A stretch of 64,000 bases of DNA, taken from NCBI GenBank assembly GCA_011523845.1, contig WTFV01000004.1, positions 38,881 through 102,880 on the forward strand, in the 5' to 3' direction. How positions within the stretch are numbered: position 1 is the stretch's first letter; each line of letters begins with the position of its first letter. Shown here one piece after another: positions 48,929-61,022 of the stretch. Made by a program: the position numbers and the translations under genes. This DNA comes from Acidobacteriota bacterium. Lineage in GTDB: Bacteria > Acidobacteriota > Vicinamibacteria > Vicinamibacterales > UBA8438. The notes under the pieces were generated by a model. The model was given only the letters and a program-made list of their open reading frames with translations, searched no databases and had not been told where the DNA came from.

Positions 48929-49627
48929 TCACCGGGAGTCCGCGGCGACCATGGCAGCCCAGGGGGCGCGGGGGCCGAGACCGAGCATGACGAGAAGCTC
49001 GGCAAGCACCATGGCCGTTGCGCCCCACACCCGCTCGTTCCGGACCTCGAAGTACGGCACGTCGCAATGGAGGCTGTCCCGCCAGCGGCTCCCGCGCCGC
49101 AGATTGCGCGGATCCGCGACCTCGGCCACCGGGACCGGAAGCAGGCGCGCCACCTCCGCAACCGACGGGCGCAGGTGCGGCGTGGCTTCGGAGATGCCCG
49201 CGACCGGGTGGATCGCGAAGTTGCTCACCGTGATGTAGAGGGGCGAGAGCGGGCCGACCACGCGCACCGCCTCGGGGGCCAGGCCGACTTCCTCGAACGC
49301 CTCCCGCAGGGCCGCCTCGCGGATGGACTCGCCCGCATCGACCAGACCGCCGGGGAACGACACCTGGCCGGCGTGTTTTCCGAGCCTTCCGGCGCGCACG
49401 GTCAACAGAACGTGCGGCGCGTCGTCTAGAGGATAGAGGAGTACGAGAGCGGCGGCGGGCGTCGCGTGGTCCGGCACCTCGCCGGGCCGCCAGCCGGGGC
49501 GCGGCCGCGGCGCGAGCAGCCGATGCGCGTCCGCACCCGGCAACGGCGTCCTGCTCGCGGACCGGAGCCTGGATTCAATCTGATAGAGTGTCGGAGATTC
49601 GACCGGCACGGTAAGGCCACCGATCAT
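48929..49627 (-). CDS. Nudix hydrolase (CoA pyrophosphatase-like)
   Basis: 232 aa. Nudix box FPGGLVDAGESIREAALREAFEEVGL. The preceding LLTVRAGRLGKHAGQVS resembles the CoA-pyrophosphatase subgroup. Confidence 0.8.
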   Translation of the reverse strand: MIGGLTVPVESPTLYQIESRLRSASRTPLPGADAHRLLAPRPRPGWRPGEVPDHATPAAALVLLYPLDDAPHVLLTVRAGRLGKHAGQVSFPGGLVDAGESIREAALREAFEEVGLAPEAVRVVGPLSPLYITVSNFAIHPVAGISEATPHLRPSVAEVARLLPVPVAEVADPRNLRRGSRWRDSLHCDVPYFEVRNERVWGATAMVLAELLVMLGLGPRAPWAAMVAADSR

Positions 49628-49656
49628 ACTGCGGCCCGCGCCGACCTCCCCTGTCC

Positions 49657-51072
49657 ATGAGCGCCAAGGGCCGCCCCGCCAAGTCGTTTGATCGCGCGAT
49701 CGTCGAAGGCCCGCTCCGCCGCGCCGTCTGGAAGCTGGCGTGGCCGACGATGCTGCAGAACGTCTTCGGCGGCATCCAGGGCATCGTCGACCAGGCGATG
49801 GTGGGCAACTACGTCGGCCACGTCGGCAACGCCGCGATCGGCGTCAGCGTCCAGCTCTTCATCCTGGTCATCGTCTTCGTGGCGTCGGTCTTCAGCGGCA
49901 TGGGGGTGCTGGTGGCGCGCTTCGCCGGCGCCGACGACCCCGACAGGGTCAACCGGACGGTCTACCAGGCCTTCCTGACCGCGGTGTTCATGGCGCTCGG
50001 CATCCTGGCGCCCCTCGGCTACGTGCTCGCCCCGACGCTGCTGGAGGCGATCAACGCCGCGCCGGAGGTGCAGGACGAGGCGCTGACGTACATCCGCATC
50101 ATGTTCGTCTTCAGCATCGGGATGCTCATCTTCTTCATGATGAGCGGGGCGCTGCGGGCGGCCGGCGATGCGCGGACCCCGTTGCGGCTCGGCATCGCCA
50201 TGACCGTGCTGAACGTGGTCCTCAACGTCGTCCTGATCCGCGGGCTCGGGCCGATCCCGGCGTTCGGCACGGCCGGCGCGGCGATGGGGACGGCGATTGC
50301 CAGCGGGCTCACCGCCGCGGCGTTCCTCTGGCTGCTCTTCTCGGGATCCCTGGTCGTCCGGTTCTCCTGGGCGATGTCGTTCGCTCCCGACTGGCGGATC
50401 ATCCGCGAGCTGTTCCGCTTCGGCCTGCCGACCGGGTTCCAGGGCATCGTGATGAACCTGGCCGGCGTGCTCCTGCTGCGGTTCATCGGATCGCTGGAGC
50501 AGAGCGCCGAGGCGCAGGCGGCCTACGCCGTGGCGTACACGGAGCTGTTCGCGCTGATTACCTGGACGTCGGTCGGCCTGATGGGGGCCACGGCCGCGGT
50601 CGCGGGGCAGAACCTGGGCGCCGGCCGGCCCGAGCGGAGCCAGCAGGCGGCGGTGGTGGCGTCGGCGATCGGCATCGGCGTGGCGTGCGTCATCGGTCTC
50701 GCGTTCGTCACCGTGCCGCGGGCGCTCCTGGCGGTCTTCGGGATGGACGACGGGGTCCAGTTCGAACTGGCGCGGCAGTTGCTCGCCTACCTCGCCGTCT
50801 CCGGGCTGTTCGTCACCGTGGCGCTGGTCTACACCGGGGGCTTGCAGGGAACCGGCGATACGCGAAGCCCGCTCTACATCTCCATGGTCTCGCAGGTCGT
50901 CGTGCCCATCGGTCTCTGCACCTGGCTGCAGATGACGCGGGGGCTGGAGGCGCCGGACATCTGGCTGGCCATCGTGCTCGGCCACGTGATGCGCGCCAGT
51001 CTGAGCGTGATCCGTTTCCGGCAGGGGAAATGGCGCGACATCGCGATCGACATCGGTCCGGCGCGCGCGTAG
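49657..51072 (+). CDS. MATE-family efflux transporter
   Basis: 471 aa, 12-TM-like. LAWPTMLQNVFGGIQGIVDQAMVG and a second-half repeat ELFRFGLPTGFQGIVMNL. Confidence 0.9.
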   Translation: MSAKGRPAKSFDRAIVEGPLRRAVWKLAWPTMLQNVFGGIQGIVDQAMVGNYVGHVGNAAIGVSVQLFILVIVFVASVFSGMGVLVARFAGADDPDRVNRTVYQAFLTAVFMALGILAPLGYVLAPTLLEAINAAPEVQDEALTYIRIMFVFSIGMLIFFMMSGALRAAGDARTPLRLGIAMTVLNVVLNVVLIRGLGPIPAFGTAGAAMGTAIASGLTAAAFLWLLFSGSLVVRFSWAMSFAPDWRIIRELFRFGLPTGFQGIVMNLAGVLLLRFIGSLEQSAEAQAAYAVAYTELFALITWTSVGLMGATAAVAGQNLGAGRPERSQQAAVVASAIGIGVACVIGLAFVTVPRALLAVFGMDDGVQFELARQLLAYLAVSGLFVTVALVYTGGLQGTGDTRSPLYISMVSQVVVPIGLCTWLQMTRGLEAPDIWLAIVLGHVMRASLSVIRFRQGKWRDIAIDIGPARA

Positions 51073-51219
51073 GCCAACCCCGATCGGCCGGACGATCATC
51101 GAGACCGCCGCGCAATCGGCCCGGCTACGCGTAGGCCGACCCCGTCGGTCCGATTTCCCACGGTCCCGCCGGCAGCGGACGGGCAATTCGTACAGTTTCG
51201 CATTCCCGGAGGTTCCTGC

Positions 51220-52374
51220 ATGTCCCGTTTCCCGGCCGGCCAGAAACCGTCCACGCGCGCCGCGCAAGCGCTTGGATGGATCGATCCGGAGACCGGTGCG
51301 CTCGTCCCCCCCGTACACCCTGCAGTGCAGTACGAACGGACGGCCGAAGGCGAGCCCCCCGGCGGGCGCGTCTATACCCGCGACCAGAACCCGACCTACG
51401 AGCAGGCCGAGGCGCTGCTGGCATCGCTCGAGGTGGGGCAGGCGGCGATGCTGTTCAGCTCCGGGATGGCGGCGGCCACCACCGTGTTCGACACGCTCGA
51501 TGTGGGCGACCACGTCGTCGCGCCGGAGCAGATGTACTGGATGCTCCGGCGCTGGCTGCAGGATCAGGCAGCGCGGGAGCGGATAGCGCTCGACCTCGTG
51601 CCGAACGGCGACATGGCTGCCCTGCGGGCGGCGCTGCGTCCGGGCGCCACGAAGATCGTCTGGGCGGAGACCCCCGCCAACCCCGGCGGGGCGGTTACCG
51701 ATCTCGCCGCCGCCGCCGCCGCCGCGCACGAGGCGGGCGCCCGGCTCGTGGTCGACAACACGCTCCCGACGCCGGTGCTCTGCCGACCCCTGGAGCATGG
51801 GGCGGATCTGGTCATGCACTCGGCCACCAAGCAGCTCAACGGGCACTCCGACGTCCTGGCCGGCGCCCTGGTCACGGCGCGCGAGGACGACCTGTGGAAA
51901 CGCTGCCGCCGCGAGCGCGCGTTCCGCGGCGCCGTGCTCGGGCCGTTCGAGAGCTGGCTGCTGCTGCGCGGCATGCGCACCGTCTGCCTGCGGGTCGGCG
52001 CCTCCGCGCGCAACGCGCAACGGATCGCCGAGGCGCTCGACGGGCATCCCGCCGTATCCGCGGTCCTCTATCCGGGCCTGCCCGGTCATCCCGGTCACGA
52101 CGTCGCCGCGCGCCAGATGGAGGGCGGCTTCGGGGCGGTCGTGTCGCTGAGGATGCAGGGGGGCGCCGACGCCGCGCGGCGGGTGGTGCGGGCGCTGCGT
52201 CTCTTCCACAACGCGACCTCGCTGGGTGGGGTCGAAAGTCTCGCGGAGCCCCGCGGCCAGGTCGAGGGACCCGGTTCGCCGGTGCCGGACGACCTGGTGC
52301 GCCTGTCCGTCGGGATCGAGGATGCCGGAGACCTCGTCGCCGACCTCGAGCAGGCGCTCGACGCCGTGGGATGA
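51220..52374 (+). CDS. PLP-dependent transsulfuration enzyme (cystathionine gamma-synthase/beta-lyase family)
   Basis: 384 aa. YTRDQNPTYEQAE, FSSGMAA, VVDNTLPTP, HSATKQLNGHSDVLAG (PLP Lys), LGGVESL. Confidence 0.9.
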   Translation: MSRFPAGQKPSTRAAQALGWIDPETGALVPPVHPAVQYERTAEGEPPGGRVYTRDQNPTYEQAEALLASLEVGQAAMLFSSGMAAATTVFDTLDVGDHVVAPEQMYWMLRRWLQDQAARERIALDLVPNGDMAALRAALRPGATKIVWAETPANPGGAVTDLAAAAAAAHEAGARLVVDNTLPTPVLCRPLEHGADLVMHSATKQLNGHSDVLAGALVTAREDDLWKRCRRERAFRGAVLGPFESWLLLRGMRTVCLRVGASARNAQRIAEALDGHPAVSAVLYPGLPGHPGHDVAARQMEGGFGAVVSLRMQGGADAARRVVRALRLFHNATSLGGVESLAEPRGQVEGPGSPVPDDLVRLSVGIEDAGDLVADLEQALDAVG

Positions 52375-52399
52375 CCAGTACTGCAGAGCGACGAGGCCG

Positions 52400-52934
52400 A
52401 ATCCGAGCGCCAACGAAGAACGAATCCGGCAAGCGGCCGACCCGGTGGCGGATACGTGCGATCGCGAAACGACCACGCTCCTTCGGCGCCGAACTGGTAA
52501 CTCCTTCGCAACCCGAACGCGTTTGCAACTTCATTGAAGAACCCACGCATCTGGTTGGCGGCCTTGCCACGATTCTCGAACGCATCCAGCGTTCGTATCC
52601 TGATGGGCCCAAACGAGAGATCCGCATGCGTTTGGGGTTCCGAATAGACCATGTCGGAGAGACGTCACCCCGCTGGTCTTCGTTGACGAGTACAAGCCTG
52701 TATCCCTGGACGTTGAGCATGTCGGCATACAACGCCCAGTACTGTGGTCTGCGCGTACTGGTGTGCGCCAACCTTCTGATCTCCTGAAGGGCCTCGATGG
52801 TCTCGATGATGCTGTCTCAGAGCATCCATCGTGTACTTGAACTCCAGGTGCGAGGATTCTACCGGATTGGCCTCCAGCAGCTTGTCCAGGTCCTTCTTGT
52901 TCTCGATTCTCGATGTTGCCATTGCTTCAGTCAT
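52400..52934 (-). pseudogene. probable frameshifted gene remnant (unknown family)
   Basis: Protein-like segments sit in two frames in series. MTEAMATSRIENKKDLDKLLEANPVESSHLEFKYTMDAL, then (+1 shift) SIIETIEALQEIRRLAHTSTRRPQYWALYADMLNVQGYRLVLVNEDQRGDVS, then (back in the first frame) MVYSEPQTHADLSFGPIRIRTLDAFENRGKAANQMRGFFNEVANAFGL. GC about 55%. The 3' limit is uncertain. Confidence 0.35.
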
Positions 52935-53442
52935 CGGAAACGCTCCGTCTTCGAAGCGAAGAAACGGAATCCATCGCATCGTCCATCGAACGTGTTGAGG
53001 ATGAATCCTGCATCGTGAAATGGCGATGGCGCCCGAGTCGCATCAGTGCGTGGGAGTGATCGTTCGGCGCGCTCGAGAGCCTCTTCAGCCGTACGGCGGG
53101 CAACTTCTTCAGTTGCTGGTTCAGCGGATCGACCTCGATGCCGAGCGACTCCAGGGCCGTGACCCCGAGCAGGGGTTCGGCGTCCGCGTCTCCGAACAGC
53201 ACCGTGCCGCCGACGATCTCTCCGAGGAGTTCTATGCGGGCAACGGCGACGCCCATGCGGATCTCGCTGCCGTCGGCCAGTATGTACGTTCGCTGCGCTT
53301 CCGGCGCCAGGCCGATTGCCTCCAGATGCTGTCTGGGGACGAGACTGTCCGTGGCGCCGGTGTCGACGAGGAAGCGGCCTTCCCAGCTTCTCCTGCGGTC
53401 GGCCGGATTGCTGATGACGACGTTTGCGTTCACGACACCCAT
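52927..53442 (-). CDS. clan AA (retropepsin-like) aspartic protease, AF_0612-type
   Basis: Start re-set to ATG 53442. MGVVNANVVISNPADRRRSWEGRFLVDTGATDSLVPRQHLEAIGL...ILADGSEIRMGVAVARIELLGEIVGGTVLFGDADAEPLLGVTALESLGIEVDP, with the DTGA catalytic motif. Confidence 0.75.
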   Translation of the reverse strand: MGVVNANVVISNPADRRRSWEGRFLVDTGATDSLVPRQHLEAIGLAPEAQRTYILADGSEIRMGVAVARIELLGEIVGGTVLFGDADAEPLLGVTALESLGIEVDPLNQQLKKLPAVRLKRLSSAPNDHSHALMRLGRHRHFTMQDSSSTRSMDDAMDSVSSLRRRSVSDD

Positions 53443-53516
53443 CTTGTTCTCCTGCTCGGGTCTGGTCCGCGGTGCCCGATCAACGACCTGATCCCTGTGG
53501 AGGCCAGTAGAGGCCG

Positions 53517-54107
53517 TCATGCGTCGTTCCTGTCATCTGCGCCGTGGTCCTCGTACGTCGCGGCGTAGATCGTGAGCTTCGTCGCCTGTCCGATCTGCTC
53601 CACCGGGCGCTCTTCGAGCGGGTCGATCATCCGCCGTGCGCTGAACATCCGCGCGAGTCGCTCGGCGGGAATCAGGTGGCGGTGGCTTCCGATGCGCTGC
53701 AGGAATCGGCCGTCGCCGGTCTGGTGGATGTCGAACCGCGACACCGGGACGTCGATGATCAGGCACAGCTTCGGTTCATCGCCCTCTCCCGGCAGGTACT
53801 CCCAGTTCAGCGCGGGGACGATGAGCGGGTTGCAGTTGGTGGTCGCGACGTTGACCACGAACTGCTCCAGGAGATCGCGCTTTCGAGGATCGACGCCGAT
53901 CACGACCCGGTCGGTATCGCGGACCCCCATGACGAGGGTTCCGCCGCGGGTGTTCGCCATGCTGACGAAGACCTCGGCGAGCTTCGACGCCGCGCGGCCG
54001 GTTTCCGATCCGAACGCGATCCGGTCTCCGCGGAACACGATCTCCTTCAACTCCAGCTCGGTGTCTTCACCGGCCCGAATGGAGGACATGAGCGCCTGCG
54101 TGTCCAT
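53517..54107 (-). CDS. AlbA_2 (Schlafen-like, divergent AAA) domain protein
   Basis: Start re-set to ATG 54107. IRAGEDTELELKEI...VSMANTRGGTLVMGVRD shows the E-x-x-x-LE-x-K ... ANTxGGxLxxGV pattern of AlbA_2 domains. 196 aa. Confidence 0.7.
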   Translation of the reverse strand: MDTQALMSSIRAGEDTELELKEIVFRGDRIAFGSETGRAASKLAEVFVSMANTRGGTLVMGVRDTDRVVIGVDPRKRDLLEQFVVNVATTNCNPLIVPALNWEYLPGEGDEPKLCLIIDVPVSRFDIHQTGDGRFLQRIGSHRHLIPAERLARMFSARRMIDPLEERPVEQIGQATKLTIYAATYEDHGADDRNDA

Positions 54108-54363
54108 CGTTCTTCTGCTCAAGCAGCCAGGACGTCGAATCCGATTTCCTCCACACGAGCATCGTAACGCTTCGGATCGGTGAAGATACGCCGCACACCG
54201 CGTTGCACCCGTACTCCGCAAGACTTGCCGGCTCGGGTCCGCGGCGTCGACGCTCGCCGCGTCCACCAGCGCGTCGAGACCGGTTCGCCGGAGTGCAGCC
54301 GGATGCGGGTCTCGTGGCCGCCAGGCCGGCGCTTTGGAGCAGCCATGCGTTAATCTGTGCACG

Positions 54364-54870
54364 ATGTCCTCCAACCCGGACCCGTTGCGGATCGACGCCG
54401 CCACGGGCGCCGACGTGTCCCTGATCCTGACCCTGATCCGCGAGCTCGCCGACTACGAGCGGATGGCCGACCAGGTGGTGGCGACCGAGGCGGACATCCG
54501 GTGTGCGCTGTTCGGGGAGCGGCCGTGCGCCGAGGCGGCGATCGCGCGGGCAGGCGCCGAGGCGGTCGGGTTCGCCCTGTTCTTCCAGAGCTTCTCCACC
54601 TTCGTCGGGCGGCCCGGCCTCTACCTGGAGGATCTCTATGTACGCCCCGCGCATCGCGGGCGAGGCATCGGGCGGCGCCTGCTCGCGCACCTGGCGCGCA
54701 TCGCGGTCGAGCGGGATTGCGGTCGGTTCGAATGGTCCGTGCTCGACTGGAACGAACTGGCGATCGCGTCGTACCGCCGCGCCGGCGCGGTTCCGATGGA
54801 CGAGTGGACCGTGTACCGGCTGACCGGGGAGCCCTTGCGGGCGCTGGCCGCGGAGGCGACCGCGCCGTGA
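54364..54870 (+). CDS. GNAT-family N-acetyltransferase
   Basis: Start re-set to ATG 54364. LYLEDLYVRPAHRGRGIGRRLLAHLA is the acetyl-CoA binding R/Q-x-x-G-x-G/A motif. Confidence 0.85.
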   Translation: MSSNPDPLRIDAATGADVSLILTLIRELADYERMADQVVATEADIRCALFGERPCAEAAIARAGAEAVGFALFFQSFSTFVGRPGLYLEDLYVRPAHRGRGIGRRLLAHLARIAVERDCGRFEWSVLDWNELAIASYRRAGAVPMDEWTVYRLTGEPLRALAAEATAP

Positions 54871-55616
54871 ATCGAGCGGGCACCGGCGACGAGCAGCGCG
54901 TCATCGCCGAGCAGGTCGCCTACTACCGGGCGCGGGCGCCGGAGTACGACGACTGGTTCTTCCGCCGCGGGGAGTACGACCACGGCGCGGAGTGGAACCG
55001 CCGCTGGCGCACGGAAGTGGAGGAGTTGCGCCGGGCGCTCGACGCGGCGCGTCCTGCGGGACGTGTACTGGAGCTGGCCTGCGGCACCGGCCTCTGGACC
55101 GAGCGGCTCGCGCCGCACGCGACCGAGCTGACCTGCGTGGACGCTTCGCCCGAGGTCATCGCCCTCAACCGCAAGCGCGTGGGCGCGGAGCACGTCGACT
55201 ACGTGTGCGCCGACCTCTTCACGTGGCAGCCGCCCCGGCGCTACGACTTCGTGTTCTTCGGCTTCTGGCTGTCGCACGTGCCGGCCGGGGCGTTCATTCC
55301 GTTCTGGAGCATGGTCGCGCGGGCGTTGGTCCCCGGCGGGCGGGTCTTCTTCGCCGACAGCCGCAATCATCCAGCTTCGCGCGAGGGCGGGTACGCGGAC
55401 TGGGCTCCCGAGACGGCGCCTGCGCGCAGCCGCAGGCGCCTGCGGGACGGCCGCGAGTTCGAGATCGTGAAGATCTTCTACAGCCCCGAGGAGCTGGAAG
55501 CGCAACTGCGGTCGCTCGGCTGGCGGGTCGTGGTGCGCGGGACGCCGACGTTCTTCCTGCACGGTCTGGCGATGCGTGACGAGCCCGCGCCGGGGTTGCG
55601 GGAGTCTGCGCCGTAG
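54867..55616 (+). CDS. class I SAM-dependent methyltransferase
   Basis: GTG 54867 (GTGA overlap with the GNAT stop), in frame with track ORF 54357..55616. VLELACGTGLWTERLA (motif I), CVDASPEVI, DFVFFGFWLSHV. Confidence 0.75.
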   Translation: MNRAGTGDEQRVIAEQVAYYRARAPEYDDWFFRRGEYDHGAEWNRRWRTEVEELRRALDAARPAGRVLELACGTGLWTERLAPHATELTCVDASPEVIALNRKRVGAEHVDYVCADLFTWQPPRRYDFVFFGFWLSHVPAGAFIPFWSMVARALVPGGRVFFADSRNHPASREGGYADWAPETAPARSRRRLRDGREFEIVKIFYSPEELEAQLRSLGWRVVVRGTPTFFLHGLAMRDEPAPGLRESAP

Positions 55617-55653
55617 ACCGGCGGGGCAGGCAACGCTTTTCCGGGCCACGACC

Positions 55654-56706
55654 ATGCTGAGCTACCAGGTGACCGCGTACGGTCGGCCGCTGGAGCGGCG
55701 GGAGGCGGCGTTGCCCGAGCCGCGGGGCGAGGAGGTGCTCCTGCGGGTCGGCGCCAGCGGCGTCTGTCACAGCGACGTCCACCTGTGCGACGGGTGTTTC
55801 GATCTGGGGGACGGCAAGCGCCTCGATCTGACCGCGGGCCGCGATCTGCCGCACACCCTGGGACACGAGGTCGCCGGCGAGGTGGCGGCGGTCGGCCCCG
55901 AGGCCGCCGGCGTGGAGGTCGGAGATCGCCGCGTCGTCTATCCGTGGCTCGGTTGCGGCGCGTGCCCGCGGTGCGAGGCGGGTGACGAGCACCTCTGTCC
56001 CGCCGGCCGGCCGGTCGGGGTCGGCCGCGCCGGCGGCTTCGCGGACCACGTGCTGTTGCCGCATCCGCGTTGCCTCTTCGAGTACGCGCCGCTGCCGGAG
56101 ACCGTCGCGGCGACGTATGCCTGCTCCGGCCTCACCGCGTACGGCGCGCTTCGCAAGGCGTCGGCGGCCGGGGCCGCGGGGGGAGACCTGCTGATCGTCG
56201 GGTTGGGCGGGGTCGGCATGGCCGCGGTCGGACTGGCGCCGTACGTGGCGGAGGCGCCGGTACTCTGCGCGGACATCGACCCGCCACGGCTCGAGCTCGC
56301 CCGCGCGCGCGGCGCGGCCGGCACGTTCGATGCGGCGGCGCCCGACGCCGCGAAGCAGGTTCGCCGGCGCACCGGCGGCGGCGTGGCGGCGGCCATCGAC
56401 TTCGTCGGATCCGAGCGATCGGCCGGCCTCGCCTTCGGCGCCCTCGCGCCGGGCGGCACGCTGATCGTGGTCGGGCTCTTCGGCGGCGCGTTGAAGCTGC
56501 CCCTGCCGCTGCTGCCGCTCAAGCAGGTGACCATCCGCGGATCGTACGTCGGCAGCCGGGCCGAGATGGCGGAGTTGCTGGCCCTGGGCCGCGCCGGCTC
56601 GGTGCCCGCGCTGCCGGTCGACGAGCGTCCGCTCGTCGCGGCCCAGGCGGCGCTCGACGATCTGCGGGCCGGTCGGGTGCTGGGCCGGGTCGTCCTGCGT
56701 GCCTGA
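55654..56706 (+). CDS. zinc-binding alcohol dehydrogenase (MDR superfamily)
   Basis: Start re-set to ATG 55654. GVCHSDVH, GHEVAGEV, structural-Zn motif CGACPRCEAGDEHLC, GLGGVGMAAV Rossmann motif. Confidence 0.9.
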   Translation: MLSYQVTAYGRPLERREAALPEPRGEEVLLRVGASGVCHSDVHLCDGCFDLGDGKRLDLTAGRDLPHTLGHEVAGEVAAVGPEAAGVEVGDRRVVYPWLGCGACPRCEAGDEHLCPAGRPVGVGRAGGFADHVLLPHPRCLFEYAPLPETVAATYACSGLTAYGALRKASAAGAAGGDLLIVGLGGVGMAAVGLAPYVAEAPVLCADIDPPRLELARARGAAGTFDAAAPDAAKQVRRRTGGGVAAAIDFVGSERSAGLAFGALAPGGTLIVVGLFGGALKLPLPLLPLKQVTIRGSYVGSRAEMAELLALGRAGSVPALPVDERPLVAAQAALDDLRAGRVLGRVVLRA

Positions 56707-56714
56707 GGGCGGGT

Positions 56715-56783
56715 GCCCTTCTCACGCCTTGTCGGACGGGCGCCTCGCCGCTCTCGGTGCGACGCGGGGTTCCGCCACGGGCT
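56715..56783 (-). repeat. ~75-nt extragenic repeat element, copy B (inverted relative to copy A)
   Basis: gcccttctcacgccttgtcggacgggcgcctcgccgctctcggtgcgacgcggggttccgccacgggct is the reverse complement of 31816..31890 apart from 2 core mismatches and one indel. It sits between the convergent ends of the Zn-ADH (56706) and the FAAL-fusion gene (56785). Confidence 0.85.
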
Positions 56784-56784
56784 G

Positions 56785-59574
<2,790 letters not shown>

Positions 59575-59623
59575 CCCTATTGTCGCCCGGATCGGATGGC
59601 GGCCCCGGTACCGGCCGCCCCGG

Positions 59624-60217
59624 CTATGGATCGATGCGCCGGATCGTCCGGATGACGACGTTCTCGCGCGGTACGTCGTTCATGCGGTCCACCCGGGTGG
59701 TGCGGACGCGCGAGATGTCGTCGACCACGTCCATGCCGTCCACGACCCGTCCGAAGACCGCGTAGCCGTATCCTTGCGGCGTGGTGTTGCGGTGGTTGAA
59801 GGGGTCGTTGTGGCCGACGTTGATGAAGAACTGCGCCCGCGCCGAGTTCGGCGTCCCCAGCCGCGCCATGGCGATGGTGCCGCGCCGGTTCTGCAGGCGG
59901 TTCGTCGCCTCGTTCAGGATGGGGCCGCGGAGCCCCTCGACGCGGGGCGTATGGTCCTGCTCGAGCCCGCCCCCCTGGATGATCAGGTTGCGGATCACCC
60001 GGTGGAAGATCGTGCCGTCGTAGAATCCGGCCTGGACGTAGGTCAGGAAGTTGACGACCGAGACCGTCGCCCGCGAGCGGAACAGCTCCACGGTGATGTC
60101 GCCCATCGACGTCTCGATGACGACGTGGGGGTTCGGCGGCGGATCCTGGGCATGACCGGCGCCGGGGGCGCCGAGCAGGACGGCGACGGCTGCGGCCAGG
60201 GCAAGTGAGCGCGACAT
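59624..60217 (-). CDS. secreted cyclophilin-type peptidyl-prolyl cis-trans isomerase
   Basis: 197 aa. Signal peptide, then FYDGTIFHRVIRNLIIQGGG, GTIAMAR, AQFFINV, YAVFGRVVDGMDVV. Confidence 0.9.
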   Translation of the reverse strand: MSRSLALAAAVAVLLGAPGAGHAQDPPPNPHVVIETSMGDITVELFRSRATVSVVNFLTYVQAGFYDGTIFHRVIRNLIIQGGGLEQDHTPRVEGLRGPILNEATNRLQNRRGTIAMARLGTPNSARAQFFINVGHNDPFNHRNTTPQGYGYAVFGRVVDGMDVVDDISRVRTTRVDRMNDVPRENVVIRTIRRIDP

Positions 60218-60230
60218 GGCGTCCTCCGCT

Positions 60231-60812
60231 CTACTGAACGGTAACGGAGTTGATCACCACCGGCTCGACCGGCACGTTCTGGTGCGGTCCCTGCCGTCCC
60301 GTCGCCACCCCGGAGATGGCGTCGACCACGTCCATCCCGGCGGTCACGCGGCCGAAGACGGCATAGCCGTAGTCGCGCGGAGACGTGCCCCGGTGGTCGA
60401 GGCTCCGCCCGTTGTCGACGGTGTTGATGAAGAACTGGGCGGTGGCGCTGTCGACGACGCTCGTCCGGGCCATCGAGATCGTGCCCCGCTCGTTGCTCAG
60501 GCCATTGTCGGCCTCGTTCCGAATCGGCGCGCGCGTGGTCTTCTCGGTCAGATCCGATCGCAGGCCGCCGCCCTGGATCATGAAGCCCGGGATCACGCGG
60601 TGGAAGACGGTCCCCTCGAAGAAACCGTCGTTGGCGTACCGGAGGAAGTTCTCCACCGTGATCGGGGCCGCGTCCGGGAGCAGCTCTATCGAGATGCTTC
60701 CGCGAGTGGTCTCCATGACCACGACCGGGTTCTGCTGCGCCGACGCGCCGAGTGTTCCTGTCGTCATGATTCCTGCCATTCCGAGGATGCCGGCCAGCGT
60801 GCGATACGACAT
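60231..60812 (-). CDS. secreted cyclophilin-type peptidyl-prolyl cis-trans isomerase (tandem paralogue)
   Basis: Start re-set to ATG 60812 (MSYRTLAGILGMAG...). FFEGTVFHRVIPGFMIQGGG, GTISMAR, AQFFINT, YAVFGRVTAGMDVV. Confidence 0.9.
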   Translation of the reverse strand: MSYRTLAGILGMAGIMTTGTLGASAQQNPVVVMETTRGSISIELLPDAAPITVENFLRYANDGFFEGTVFHRVIPGFMIQGGGLRSDLTEKTTRAPIRNEADNGLSNERGTISMARTSVVDSATAQFFINTVDNGRSLDHRGTSPRDYGYAVFGRVTAGMDVVDAISGVATGRQGPHQNVPVEPVVINSVTVQ

Positions 60813-61022
60813 CGGGCTTGCTCCCTGCGGTTGCTTTCGACCGCGCAGTGGTTCCAAAATCTGGGATCCCGGATCCAACAATCGGGATCCGGAATGCGCT
60901 CGCGTGACGAAGCGTCCGGTGTTGAGCGGGTGTGTGCGGGTCTTTTTCGGGATCCGGCTCCCTGCAACGAATCCGGTCCCGAGTATGCATAATCCACGGG
61001 AGTCTGTCCACCCATCCGAGTC

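Noticed and set aside
49624-52476. 950-aa minus-strand ORF
   Set aside because: Antisense to the MATE transporter and the transsulfuration enzyme, both with strong motifs. Arg/Gly/Pro/His-rich shadow translation.
54108-54363. Possible gene remnant ending ...RIFTDPKRYDARVEEIGFDVLAA (minus strand, ORF 54119..54346)
   Set aside because: Only the last ~23 residues look protein-like. The remainder is Arg/Pro-rich, and no family was recognised. Cannot be supported.
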